This document shows positions 49,691 to 63,935 of a stretch of 64,000 bases of DNA, piece by piece. Numbering within the stretch: the first letter of the stretch is position 1; every line of letters starts with the position of its first letter. The DNA is from Octopus sinensis (lineage: Eukaryota): contig NC_042998.1 of the NCBI RefSeq assembly GCF_006345805.1, positions 66,340,001-66,404,000 of the forward strand. Reading direction: 5' to 3'. Under the pieces are notes generated by a model, which saw only the letters and a list, made by a program, of their open reading frames with translations, did no database searches and was not told the DNA's origin. The position numbers and the translations under genes are program-made.

Positions 49691-51453
49691 CCTCAAAGCT
49701 GAAACAGGAATAAAAGAATTTAAAAAATGCATATACTGTAAAGCATGCAAATAACTAGCTAGAAAGTGTATATAAATATTGAAAGTAGAAACTATTCAGA
49801 AGTGATGTTTATCGCTACTTCAACATAGTTATTCTGTAGGAAGTGACGTTACTACAATTTTTAACCCCAGGGGGAAGCCTCCCCCAGCTAGTTATCGATG
49901 CAATCTGCACTCGATATATCTTGCAAGTAGGGGAACAACCCCCTACTAAACTTTAATCAACGATGACACAACTATACCGTCATGTTTCGAGGTATTTATG
50001 CTCATCCTCAGTAGTGTATACTCGTCCGCTAGAGATAGCAGTAGTTCGCCTCAGCTCGTAGTATATAGAAAAATAAATGACATCCAGTCACTGATTTTGC
50101 AACCAACTGGTTATCGATGCAATCTGCACCCGAGGAGAAGGCGTCATCTTGAGATTCCTATGGAACGGCCATATTGGAGTGGCGAAAAACATTACTTCCC
50201 TGGATAGTTAATATTTCTGTCTCTTCTAGAAATTTTAAGAATACATACTTTACTGGTTGCAAGATCAGTTATTTGTTTTTTCACTGTCATTTCTAACGGA
50301 CGGGTATTCACCAGTATGGATGAGTACAAATAGCAGGTAGCCTGACGGTCTGGTGGTCTCGTCTTCGCAGGAAGATGGTAGGGATTTGCTCACATTTTTG
50401 CATCTAATAGCGGGTACTGATTGCATTGATAGACAGTTGGAGGAGTCAAAAATGGCCGTAACATCAGTTCCAACAGACCACCCATCGGGAAGTGGCGATA
50501 AACATCCCTTGTCAATATAATGAGTACTTTCATCTCTTATAGGAACTTTCTAACTAGTTACTTTGCTTCTTGCAAGATCAGTGGTAGGTAACTTAGCTTT
50601 CTATGTATTGTGAACTGGAGTTGAACGCTGTTATATCTGGCGAACGTGTGTCCACCATCGAGAATAAGCACGGATACCTGGAAACTGGGAGGCTTGGCAG
50701 CCAGGATGTCGCTGGAAGACGGTGGAAGATTGCTTCGTTGGGCATGTAAATCTGCAGATCATTCTCAATTCGTTTGACCTCGGGATTGCCGCTTCCTTTG
50801 GTCCGAATCATCATTCTTGGAGCGTGTTAATGCAAGATGGTTAGAAGCGAGGTCTTGAAATTTTCATGTATTCTATTGGACATGGTTTTTCTTCAATTCA
50901 TTTACATATAGTATTGAAGTCTTTTTGTGAGAGATTAGAGTGGAAAGGCAATTGTCATCTCCATACTCTCTAAAGACGCACCATGTTATGAGACAGACTG
51001 CTTTTCGCCCATGATGAAATGTAACATGGCGTGTTTGCTTTTCGCTCTATCAGAGCATTTGAGTAAAATTATATTAATGTCACCTACTGATTAAAAAATA
51101 TCTATTTATTTATGCAGTGGAGGATGGTCCTGCAATTAAAATTAATGTAATGATTACACTGTTCAATTAAATAGAGCCAGTTGAAACGGCCGTAGTGCAT
51201 CACCTCTTGTTATCCTGTTGATTATTTTGATTTTATTCACCTTACATTGAGTTTTACGGAAAATACTGCACTGATTTGTTGCTTCAACATAAGTACCTAG
51301 TTCAACCGAATCTGAGTTATATATATATATGTGTGTGAGAGAGAGAAAGAGAGAGAGAGAGAGAGTGTGTGTATATATATATATGTATGCATGTATATAT
51401 CTCTATATGTATCTATATATATGTGTATGTATACATATAAGAATATATATATA

Positions 51454-51520
<67 letters not shown>

Positions 51521-52482
51521 ATTGTTATATATTAAATATAATATAATACTTCATTCTGGCTACTTTGTTGATGAGCTCAACAAGGATCCGTGATTGAAAT
51601 TCGCAGTTTGAACAGTTGTTTGTGGAAGTAAGCTAAGAAAGGTTCTGCCCTAATTTTCAGGATGTTAGCTGTTAAATCACACACGATTTGGCCTGAAAAT
51701 TATTTTGAAGTTATAAACAGAAAGCAAGTGAATATTTGGACTTCCTGGATTTTAAAAGTATAATTAAATTATAAATTGGGGAAAAAAGTTGAAACTTCTG
51801 GATTTAGAGAAGACCGAGGTTAATGAAAAAATTATAAGACTTCACTATTGCTTTTAAATTTCGTAGCGTTTTCTCTTTGAAAATAAGATAGGTGGGGATT
51901 GTGATGGTGATTGCCATTTGCAAAAATAGTTTTTTGGGGAAATCTACAAAGTTTCTTCCATTGTGTATTAAGCGAACAGTGCAAAATGAAAGCCAAAATT
52001 TTTCCCAAATCGGTACTGAGTGGGGGAAAGGGATTTGTGAAAATTCATAAATTATATAAACCATTTTGTTTTGTTTTTTACCCAACAGCCGCCACCTCAC
52101 CCCATTGTTTATAAGTGAATAGTACAAAACAGATCCGAAAGTGGGAGGCAAATTCATAAAACTTGAAAAGATGTGTTTTTTTATTAATAAGCTTCCTTCC
52201 GTTATTTGCAAGAGTTTAGTGGAAAGATTTTGAAGAATCCCTGTCCAAATGAAGAGAAAATTCAATTTAAATGCGCGTGAGGTTATGTTGCTGTGACAAC
52301 TCATACGATTGTGAAAACGACCCAGCAAGAACGCTATACTCAGTCAGAGTGTATGAATATATATATATATATATATATAGATATAGATATAGATTGATAG
52401 ATAGATATATGGATGGACAGACAGACAGACATATAGATACATAGATAATTAGACAAACGCATAGATAATAGATCGAGAGATG

Positions 52483-52533
<51 letters not shown>

Positions 52534-52659
52534 TGATACATACATATAATTATATATATATGTATATACGCATACCTATTTACACACACATATATGTACG
52601 TATATGTATATAGATATATATATACGTATATATAATATATATGTATGTATTACAGCCCC

Positions 52660-52694
<35 letters not shown>

Positions 52695-53136
52695 ATATAC
52701 ATATATATATATATGTTTATATATATATATCTATATGTTTTAGGACAAATTTCGTAGAAGAGTGAAGCAAGAAACGGAAGGAGAGATAATGGCCATACTA
52801 TGAAATTTGTGAACAAGCAACAAGAACGATGACGCCAAATGTGTTAGCACACAATATGGAGAACCTTATTATTATTTCCTACGTCTTTTATTCACTTCAG
52901 AGGATGGAAATCTATCTACCGAAACAAATTTCATCTTAATAATCAAAGGCATTGTCGAGGAAATCAAAAATTATATTAAAAGTTGTGTATATGAATACTT
53001 AAAATTTTTGTTGAATATTTGAATCTCTCCATTCGTTGCGAGAAGTCGAGACTGCGGCGTCTCAGCGGTAAATTTGCAATTTATAAAAGAAGATGCGCGT
53101 AAACTTATATACTCTGCTACGTATAAGTATACACAG

Positions 53137-53169
<33 letters not shown>

Positions 53170-54145
53170 ATTATTATTTATATATATATATATATATACA
53201 TATATACGTATCTGTATATATATAATATATATTGATATTTATATATATATATATATATATATATAATCTCCTCTCTATGTGTGTGTATATGTGTGCGTGT
53301 ATACGTTTGTGCATGTTAATGTGTACGTACGTGCATGTGCGTTTGTATATATATCTATCATTGTATCTACATTTCCTTACATACACACACACACAAACAC
53401 ACTCACACATAGACACATATATGTATGTATGTGTGTATGCATCAGTCACACGTATTGCTCTGTCAAGGTAACTATGTAGATATTATACAATTTAAACATA
53501 CATTCAAACTCATTAGAAAGTCTCTCTCTGTGTATTTACACAACTATGTTCACAAACATTTTATTTATATATTTATTTCCTGACTTTCTTTCAAAGCTGC
53601 TTAAAATAACACCAAAGAGCGATACATTCGAAACACATAAAGAAGAAAACCTAAAGAGATTATAACAGAATGAAAAGTTTTGCAATTACATATTCGGAAA
53701 TTATTTGTAAAATGATGAGAAAAACAGTAAAATTGATGCAAGACATTGACAAACATAGTGAAGCAAAGAGGAGCAAAATGTATATATGATAATAATACCT
53801 TTACGTAAAACAGTCTTTGCAAATTGACTCGAAGCTGTTTGTTATAATTAATACAAATTTTTTTTTTTCAACTAATGGGTTTTTAATACCCACCATATTG
53901 TCGGAACGTATTGTAGCTTATGAATACAATACTATTAATGTATTAGCTTAATGTTAGCTTTAAATGTGTTATTTAAACCAACAAAACCAGGCAACAGTCC
54001 GTGTTACATTGGAGGCAGAAATATCCTTCCATTAAATCAACTCCATTTTTTAATAACATAATTTTTTGCTGTAATTTAGTGCTTGGCTTTATTCGCTGTA
54101 ACAGATTCGAAGTGATGTCCATGAATTTCCTGTATTATGATTGCT

Positions 54146-54400
54146 ATCAATTATTGTTATTATTGTTATTAATATTATTATTTTTGTTGTTGCTGTTGTT
54201 GTTAAAGGCGGCGAGCTGTCAGAATCGTTAGCACGCCAAGTGAAATGCTTAACGGCATTTCGTCTGCCGCTAAGTTCTGAGTTTAAATTCTGCCGAGATC
54301 GACTTTGCCTTTCATCCGGGGTCCATAAATGAAGAACCAGTGAAACACTGAGGTCGATGATATGGGCTCTCCGCCTTGTGCCAATAGTAGAAAAGATTGT
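54146..54400 (+). mobile_element. SINE family B
   Basis: aaggcggcgagctgtcagaatcgttagcacg...gagtttaaattctgccgagatcgactttgcc. Confidence 0.8.
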
Positions 54401-54645
54401 TATTATTATGGTTTCCTTTCACTATAATTTTATTTCAGCTACCTTATTACCGGGCTACCTCTGGTGGCTAGGTGTAGCAAGGGCACTTTTGCTGTGCATG
54501 CTAAAATTATCACCACATTTATTCCATTCATTTTAGATGGAGAGTGTTTTTTGTAGTATATGGGATGTAGCATTTCAAGGTTATCTTTTGTAGTTTACAG
54601 AGATTAGAATTACCAGGGTATTGCTTAATATACTTCTCAGTTCCC

Positions 54646-54709
<64 letters not shown>

Positions 54710-54934
54710 TACTACTACTATTATTATTATTATTATTATTATTATTATGTTTATTATTAGGAGTAGTAGTGGCAGTAGTAGCAGTAGTAGCAGCAGCAGT
54801 AACAGCAGCAGCAATAGTAATAGTAGCAGTAATTTAACATGATTTGGTTAAGAAGGAATAGAATGTTGTTAGAAGTGGCTAGGTTTTTCTTTATAAAAAT
54901 TTTTCCATAAGTTAAATTTCCCTGTTTAAAAATG

Positions 54935-55219
54935 TTAGAAATGGTTAAGTTTTGGCTCATATTCTTCTATGAAGAAGATTTCCTTCTTTTATCCAACTTG
55001 TGTTGGTGTTCCAATGGCACATTGATAGAATGGAAAGATTATAAATTGCGGTAAGAGTTGCTTTGCTCATTTCTGAATATGTTCACTAAAGGGTATCATT
55101 CTGTATTCTGGGAATACAATCAGCTGTCGATGCAGAGTGCATCTGCGTCTGAGCGATAATCCCGTGGATCCTATGTAGTTTTCGTGGAAGCCCGTGCATC
55201 TTATGACATAAACCAGGTT
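54935..55219 (-). mobile_element. Penelope-like GIY-YIG endonuclease remnant
   Basis: The reverse complement translates NLVYVIRCTGFHENYIGSTGLSLRRRCTLHRQLIVFPEYRMIPFSEHI*...EYEPKLNHF*. Confidence 0.85.
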
Positions 55220-55291
55220 CGGTGATTATGCGAATAAAGAGTGCAACGTAAGTCATATATCAGCGAGTGCATATATAATTTTTTTCAGAAC

Positions 55292-56195
55292 GAGATAAAA
55301 AAAACAGGACTATGAAGACTTTAGAACATTTATAAATAGGTCTTACATCTGTTTCCAGGATATTTATTATAACCCTTCTTCGGAGACGGTGTGTGAAAAT
55401 GGTTAAACAATAGTTAATTTAGATAAGATAAGAACTAGAGAGTGGAGTGGAGGAATGAAAATAGATGTGAGATATGCAGCGATATTGTAGATCAATTATT
55501 TATGCAGGATGGTATTCATGTAACATTCCAATACCTTGTGAGTAAAATCCAATATTATCTAAAAGTAGTCATTCCAAGTATAGAGTATCTACACAGTGCT
55601 ATTGAATCAAGGGTTTTTATTTAAAATGACCTAAAAGTAGGGAATGTATTTGTAAGGTTAAATCGAAAACAGGAAGAGAAGAGTAAAAAAGGAAAAGAAA
55701 AAAAGGAGAAAACAGGAGGAGAGGAATAAAGAAAAAGAAAGAAAAAAGAAAAGTAAGGACATAAATAATAAGAGTTGTACCAGTTAGTGGTCAGTCAAGA
55801 TAATTTGAAAGTAGGAATAGGGAGATGAAGGTGATAGAGAGAGAAATGTATATACATATACAAGGAATTGGGGGTAATAGAGAGATAGACGTATAAAAAT
55901 TAAAGGAGTGTCAGGTATGTAGTGATAGAGTCTAAGTGATGGGGCAGAGAGAGAGAGAGAGTATTACCATCCTGTCTAAATAATGGATTTACAAATACAA
56001 TATCCCTGCATATCTCACATCGATTTTCATTCCTCGACTTCACTCTCTATTTCGTATCTTATCTAAATTAACTATTGCTTAGCCATTTTCTCACACCGTC
56101 TCCGATGAAGGGATATAATAAAGATCCTGGAGGAACAGCTGTAAGACCTATCTATAAATGTTCTAAAATCTTCACAGCCTTGGTTTTATATCACA
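55292..56195. repeat. Inverted repeat, ~230-bp diverged arms (55292-55520 / 55960-56195), each with a decayed hammerhead motif
   Basis: The arms align as reverse complements. Motifs are gtct-CCGATGA-agggat..atcct..aac-agct-gta-agac at 56098-56147 and its counterpart at 55340-55387 (-). Confidence 0.8.
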
Positions 56196-56198
56196 TTC

Positions 56199-56250
<52 letters not shown>

Positions 56251-56279
56251 AGTGTGTATATATGTATATATGTGTGTGT

Positions 56280-56500
56280 TTTTGTGCATGCGCGTCATTA
56301 TGTCTGTGTTTATCCCCCACCCTACCACAAAAAGCCGGTGTTGGCGCGTTTTCGACCTCGTGTCTTAAGTTTCGGCAAAAGATACCGATTGAAAAAGTTC
56401 CAGGCTTTTTGAAAATAAATACTGAGGTTGATTTGTTCGACGAAAATTCTTCAAGGTGGTGCACCAGCATGGCCTCAGCTTGATGTCTCAAACATGTAAA
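56280..56500 (+). mobile_element. SINE family A tail, diverged
   Basis: tgtctgtgtttatccccc...ttcggcaaaagataccgat...gttcgac...ggtggtgcaccagcatggcc. Confidence 0.7.
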
Positions 56501-58008
56501 AGATTAAAGATATATTTCACTACTGGAAATATTTTCAAACGTTTATTTTTGGTCGCTCAGGAGTTCAGTTTTTCGTGTCTTCCATTACAAACCCTCACAC
56601 ATAGAATTACATCTATAGATAGTTTTTATGTCACAGTAAATCCATTAAATGCTATTTATTCTCGCAAACAAATTGGCCAGGCAGTTAAGAATGTCAAGGA
56701 ATATGAGATGCACTGAAAAGGCTATTTCACCTTGATTGGGTCACTTTAGCACATATCTCTATTTCGACCTCACTGAGCTGAAATTTAATTTCAAAGTCCA
56801 TGATGCTTCAAAATATATACGAGGGGTTCTGTTGCAAACATGTCCCAGAGTAACTTGTAAATTGTAAGGTTCCAATTCATCGTCTGATAGACAACGTTGC
56901 CAAGGTCTGCAATTGACATGTCAGATGAAGCAGTGCAGAAATTATCTTTTCAGTTTACCTTCTTCATTAGAAACTTAGCGCTTCCAAGCGAGAATGATTG
57001 TGATACCGACTGTTATGCTGCCGTCCCTACCGTCTTTTCTAACATATGCTCAATAAAACGGAAGTAGTTTACTATGAAATTTCGCAAATATCTTGCTGGT
57101 TTCTCTTTAGGATAATAATTCAACATCATTTGTACAAAATGTCTTCTAAAGAGAAAATATTTTGTTTCACTTTGAGAAGTGTGATCACGTAAACATATAA
57201 TTAAAGGCAGCGACAACGGACAAAAATGCACACGGTAAATTAAGCGCTCATTTAGCTTAATACACTGCCAGTTAAATCATGAGTTTAATTATAATACTTA
57301 AAGTGTGGAAGCATTGTAAATTTAGACCAATTTAGCACTGGAATATCACACTTACTCATTATATTTCTTCATATAATCGCAGATTATATATTCTTCCGTA
57401 AATAATTAAATATACCAATTATAGCTCTGAAACAGCTCTACAGCGGTGATTAGCCTATCAGAGTGCTACTTAAAGGTGTTTCTATTACTGGAAATATTTA
57501 AAGGATTTAGCAAAGCGTCAATAAATACGAGAAAAGCGAAAAATAAACATATATCAGTTATTAAAATCAAGTGTATTGATATCTGTAATATTACTGAAAT
57601 CTAATTAACAGTAATAATAGGAATATAGTTAGCACACACATGTAATAACACAAAACACACACATACTCTCACCCACCCATCCCACGCATACACACAAAAC
57701 AAGCGCAGACTACATCAAAACACACACGGTAATTCAAAGACCGTGCTGCCAGGAATATGTCTCGAGTATTCCTTCAAAGGACAATCAGAAAATTTAAACA
57801 GAGAATTGTACTCTGTTTACAGTGTGACTGAATCCAGATCCATATACTTGGGAAGGAAGCTTGTTGTTAGGGTGTACAGTTATCAGCATATAACTTTATG
57901 AATATGTTTATGTTCTAATATGTACATGTATACATGATATAACCTGCTCTATTCTTTTACCATAACTTTCTCTCAAGCTTTCTTCCTGTTTCTGTTGTAC
58001 CTATATTT

Positions 58009-58400
58009 CAAATGGTAAATTTCCTGCTTTGTCAACAAAGTGGCTATATGAAATTCCAATTTTTTTTTGTGTATGTGGGACAGTAGAGCAAAAGAGGGGC
58101 GCTGGAAAGGGAAAGATCGGCCACCATAAGAGTTGAAGGTCAGTGAAAAGAACGTTATCAGTGCGGTGCTAGTTCCTTAAAAGAATCATCTTCGCTCCCT
58201 TACATATCAAATTGGGATTATTGAAACAGTATGTAAAATCACTCGACAAAGAAAGTAAATGCTTTGAGTATATATGTAAATCGTTTCCAGGACTTAACAC
58301 CGAAAATCTCAAAGCAGGATTGTTTAATGGTCCAGATATCAGGAAACTGTTTATGGATGATGGATTTGTTAATTGAATGAATGACCTGGAATTATGTGAG
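58009..58400 (+). mobile_element. DNA transposase remnant, probably Chapaev3-like (CMC)
   Basis: Frameshifted translation MVNFLLCQQSGY...MWDSRAK...KNVISAVLVP / RIIFAPLHIKLGLLKQYVKSLDKESKCFEYICKSFPGL..ENLKAGLFNGPDIRKLF. The superfamily assignment is from memory of the LHIKLG/GPQIR family. Confidence 0.7.
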
Positions 58401-58802
58401 CACATTATATACATGTATGAATATTTTTTTATGAGGAGAACTAATGGGTATATGTCAATCAGTGTGTTGAGTAAAACACGACTACAGTTTGGACAATCTG
58501 GTGCCATCCACGGTTGGGGTATATTAAATTTTACGTTATAATCCCATGGACAGCTGTTAGCGAGTCATAACCAAGATAGAGCTGGCACAAATAACACATA
58601 GGACATCTCGTTATATCTAGGACGTCATCCACTTCGTTATACATGTACCTGATGTGACACAAACTGCACATATTACTGCAAAACAATTAGATGCTCACAA
58701 TCCTACCCATATGGGACAGTTTCAGGACGACTGGAAACGTTCATTGTACTGAATAACGTCTAGTGCCAAATCTACATCCGTTTCCTTCATCAATTATTAT
58801 TA

Positions 58803-58869
<67 letters not shown>

Positions 58870-59487
58870 CACACACACAGACGGACAGACACACACACAC
58901 ACACACACACACATACATACATATATATGTATATTCATTACATTGTTCATGTAACACGCTTCTGTATACCGGAACCTTAAACGCTTCATTGAAAAAATAT
59001 CCGACAGCGATTACCCGTCACGTTCCGGTGTTTAGAATAGATGTATGTTTCGAATAAGTATAAACACCTCTTTACTTATGCACAAACGCATATGCTGATA
59101 TATATATAAATAAATAAATAAATAAATATATATATGTATATTATATATATATATATCTTTATATATATATATATGTGTACATATATATTTATTTATTTAT
59201 ATATATGTGTACATATTACAAGTACATCTATATATATACATCTACACATAAAATACAAAATACAAAGTTATATCTTGATATCGCTAGTGATAACAATACT
59301 GAAAATATATAACAGACTGGAATTATAGGACTATTCCATTTCTGCACGCTAATTATATTTTTAATTTATTCCCATTCATGCGAAACCACTTATTCAAGTT
59401 CAAATCCTTGATGCAATTTTATAAGAATTTCTATTTTTCTATACATGCACTAGCACTATGACCCGGCAAAGACAGGTCATAAAGCTA

Positions 59488-59526
<39 letters not shown>

Positions 59527-60394
59527 CATATGTGTCCGCTATTTTTTTGCCTGTATTGTATGCATTGTATATATAGTATTGTATTGTATATATGTATGAC
59601 ATTCGTGTATATGATGGTTTGCCTCTGTCAGGCTATAGAAACCTCCGGTTGAGAATCATTTGCATATTTTAAAATTTTCAGTTTATCACCGATAATTTGC
59701 ATTTAGAGGGTGTGCTTCAGTTTGAATTTGATATTTTGTTAGAAGCCTTCTTTCGAGGTATGTGTACAAATTTGTTGTTATATACCCCAATGAACTTAAA
59801 GTAATAGGGTCAAGCATAAATCAAAAACCGGAACATAAAAGGAACCAGTTTTTTATGAGTTTTCCATGAATGTTATTCTTTTCCCAATAAGTTACGAGAC
59901 AATTAACTTGGCTTTGCAGCTCTTCTCTACAACGGTATCTGGCTTCTACTCACTCTCTTTCTCTTTGTTCGTATTCATTTTCTTTTACTGGAATATTCCA
60001 CTAGCAATCTTAACTATCTGCAGGTGTGTTGTGTGCTTCCAATGCAGACCAGTTCATTTTCTCTCGGCACTCGTGAAACAGTTCCACACCATCTCTCGAT
60101 ATTAGTATTGACTTTATAAACTATACACGTAATACAGATAGTTTTCTTTAATGTACTAAATTAGGTTTTTTCTGTGTGATTCGATGAAGAACCTAAAATA
60201 GGTCTGAAACAGTTAACACCCTCTTTTATTTCTATGTTTCACAAACATCCTGTTAATGATAAATTTACCAGCACTGTTAATATGACTCTAGTAATGATTT
60301 TCACGCTGAGTGTATTTTCAAGATGAAAATCAAGTACCAATATTATTGATAGTAGCATTGGATGGTAAGACCGTTTTGGATAGTAGTAAATAAG

Positions 60395-60432
<38 letters not shown>

Positions 60433-60433
60433 A

Positions 60434-60471
<38 letters not shown>

Positions 60472-60534
60472 TATATAATATATATATTATATATATATAT
60501 ACATACATATATATTTATATTATACATATATATA

Positions 60535-60585
<51 letters not shown>

Positions 60586-60639
60586 TAGATAAAAATCTTA
60601 GATATGTTTCGACCAAAGATTGGTCCAGGCCATGTCTAA

Positions 60640-61140
60640 CTTAATAGCACCACCTGATAGGATCATTTGAATCCTGTTTAAGTCAAGTTTTGTTTATGGT
60701 CCATTCAAGTAGTGAGTTTTTGTTGGGTGAGTTGTATCCAATTATGGATGGCTCGTCTGGTATTCCTCGATGGAATCTATCCAGACTCCGTTTAAAGTTG
60801 ATGGGATCCTGTTCCTCTTTGATCTCTTTCGGGACAATGTTAAATAGGGCAGGGCCTGTTGAGGAAAAGAAATTATGTTGTAGTGTACATGTATGCTGTG
60901 ATCTTGAATTGGGCAGGGGACGTATGGCCCGTGGTCCCAGTCTTGGATGAACCTTGAAGCTAATGTTCAGGTCGTTTGGGCAAAGTTGGCAGTATATTCT
61001 CCACATCGTACAAATGATGTACCGCTCACGGCGACGCTGAAGAGAGTAGAGTTTCAAGGCTTTAAGGCGATCCCAATAATCGAGAGCAGCCATACCTTCA
61101 ATTAGTTTAGTGAGTGCTCTCTGGGGTGATTCAATCTAAG
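60640..61140 (-). mobile_element. CR1-like LINE 3' end
   Basis: Frame 60683-61093 contains LDYWDRLKALKLYSLQRRRERY...GPALFNIVPK...FKRSLDRF..IPDEP...NSLLEW. Confidence 0.88.
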
Positions 61141-61870
61141 TATCCCATTAGAACAACGCCTAACAGAACTAAGAGAATTTTTGCTCAAACAAAAATACCC
61201 ATCTCTACTTATAGAAAATGGCATACAGCGGGCTATAAAAATACCCAAACAACAACTTAGGACAACCCAAGGAAGAGGAAAACAAGAACAAGTCATACCA
61301 TTCATAGTGACACACAACCCATGTCACCAGAATATCTTCAACACTGCCAAAGCTACCAATCATTGCTCAAAGTAATGAACTAAAAGACATAATCACAGAT
61401 CGAGCTATGGTTCTTAGTAAAAAATTACTTAGTAAAAAATTACTAACAAAGGAAAACTTTGACCTTATCACCAAAGACCAAACATTCACTGTATCTAAAT
61501 GCAATGATAGCCGCTGTGGCATATGCCAATTCATACATACCGGCCAATAAATAAACACAAAAACCGGGTAATATTCAAACACGAATATGAACTGTAAAAG
61601 CAAAATTTTAATTTACTGCATCAAATGCCCAAATTGTGAAGAAATATATGTAGGTCAGACGGGAAATGCACTATCAGAACGCTCACGTGTACATCGACAA
61701 CAGATTAGAGACCCAGAGGTCCGTCAGATACCTTTGAGTAACCACCTAGCAACATGTGGTCGGAAAATATATATAATATTACACAGCCCAAGTGAAATCG
61801 AGAGGAAAATCAAAGAAAAGAATCTTATTGATAAATTCGACCCCAAGCTAAATAAGCAATAATAATAATT
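61140..61870 (+). mobile_element. Penelope-like element 3' part (RT thumb, linker, GIY-YIG)
   Basis: RLTELREFLLKQKYP...IPFIVTHNP, SKCNDSRCGICQFI, and ORF 61587-61862 LIYCIKCPNCEEIYVGQTGNALSERSRVHRQQI...FDPKLN. Confidence 0.9.
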
Positions 61871-62438
61871 CTTAGATAGCAGGAAAATTATCTTATTTAG
61901 GGTTAAAAGTTCTATTGCCACCACCATCACCACTAGCAAGAATATGCTGACAACAATATGCTGACAATGATGATGATGACAATTGAAATATAAAAATCCC
62001 TGAGAAAGGCTATTTACAACATTTCTAAAACTAGCCCAACAATTGCTGCCTCGGCCAGGGTTAAGATACAGGACTCTTGACATGTTCAACAAAGCGTGAC
62101 GCCTAAACCAATCAGCTCAACCAACCAATCAGCTTAAGTAATTGAGTGATACTACACACTGATTGGTCAGAATACAGTTTGCAAAACCTAGCAATCTGGA
62201 GCCTACACAGCTCTATTTAATACACAGATTTAATCATCTCGCTACAGTCAAAAATTGTGAAGCATGACTGTCACCACTACTACATGAACCTAAAGATTGA
62301 AGAATTTAATGCATGAAAGTACTAGTTCAATCAGAATGATCATTTAACATTCTATTATTTTATTTTATTTTATTAAATGATATCATTATAAGATTGTAAA
62401 TAAAACGTGAGAATCAGACAAGGTTGGAATGCCTTTTA

Positions 62439-62509
<71 letters not shown>

Positions 62510-62788
62510 GATGGGCTTCTTTCAGTTTCATTCTCCCATATCTACTCACAAGGCTTTGGTCACCCCGATGCTATAGAATAAGTCACTTGCCCAAGAAGCT
62601 AAGCAGTGGAACTGAACCCGGAACCATGTGATTGGGAAGCAATTTTTTACTACACTGCCACGCCTGCGTCTACACACACGCACACACACACCACACACAC
62701 ACGCACACACAAGTGACTTCTTCTATAGCCTCGGGGTGAGCAAAGCCTTGTGAGTAGATTTGGGAGAATGAAGCTGAAAGAAGTATAT

Positions 62789-62885
<97 letters not shown>

Positions 62886-63130
62886 GTGCGTATGAGATAC
62901 TGTGTGTATTTGTGTGTGCGTGTGTGTGTTCACCACCAATACCACCACCGCTTGTCAACCGGTGTTGGCGTGTTTGCGTCTCAGGAACTTGGTGGTTCGG
63001 CAGAATACACCTATAGAAACACCAGGCTTTACAATCATAATAAATCTTGGTGTTGATCCGTTCGACTAAAACATTTCAAGGTGGAGCCCCAGCATGGCCG
63101 CATTCCAATGACGGGAACAAGGTAGATATA
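62510..63130. mobile_element. SINE family A pieces: head (-) 62510-62660, inverted partial head (+) 62710-62783, microsatellite, tail (+) 62930-63130
   Basis: Homology to 44140-44550. Confidence 0.75.
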
Positions 63131-63339
63131 TATAAGTTTCTACTTCCACGTAATACACACTCACACATAATACACACAAACTCGTACACACAAATTCGCA
63201 CACGCATAAACATACATATATATATATACACACATACACACACACATTCACGCAATCATACACATACATACACTGCCGCACGCAATCATGCGTATATGCA
63301 TCAATGTAAACACCTCACACATAGGCACACACCATCAAC

Positions 63340-63720
63340 CATGCACTGACGCTCTCCTCCCCTCGTCTCTCGGATATCTCCATCGAATTGAATGCCGGCC
63401 ACTAACCTATTCGCCGACTCACACCCTTAAATCACTCACATAAGCACAAACACTCACGCATAGAGATACTACCACACACACACAGTGGCAATCTTCGCAC
63501 TCTTCTATATCAATAAACACCGTTTCTCTTCTATCCACTTGCGGCACGGACTTGCTCTTCCTGAACTTTTTCTTTCTCTGGATTTGTTTCCTTCTAGTTC
63601 TGACGAAGAGCTAAGCGCAGAGCGTTAAAAACCCACTCTTTTTCCACCTTAACGAAGCGTCAAGATAATACATTCCATATATATGTCCCAATTTTGTCAT
63701 TAATTTTTATATTCGATTGT
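63340..63720 (+). mobile_element. Penelope-type 3' region with decayed HHR
   Basis: ctgacgaagagctaagcgcagagcgttaaaac at about 63600-63632. The context resembles 29500-29640. Confidence 0.4.
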
Positions 63721-63799
63721 AAATGTTCAACTTTTAACCTTCGATTTCACTATATATACATCATACATACATACATACATATATACATACATACATACA

Positions 63800-63843
<44 letters not shown>

Positions 63844-63866
63844 ATATATACATACACACACACACA

Positions 63867-63897
<31 letters not shown>

Positions 63898-63898
63898 C

Positions 63899-63935
<37 letters not shown>

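Noticed and set aside
51804-52328. 174-aa minus-strand ORF
   Set aside because: No recognisable motif, composition mirrors the AT-rich background, and there is no splice support.
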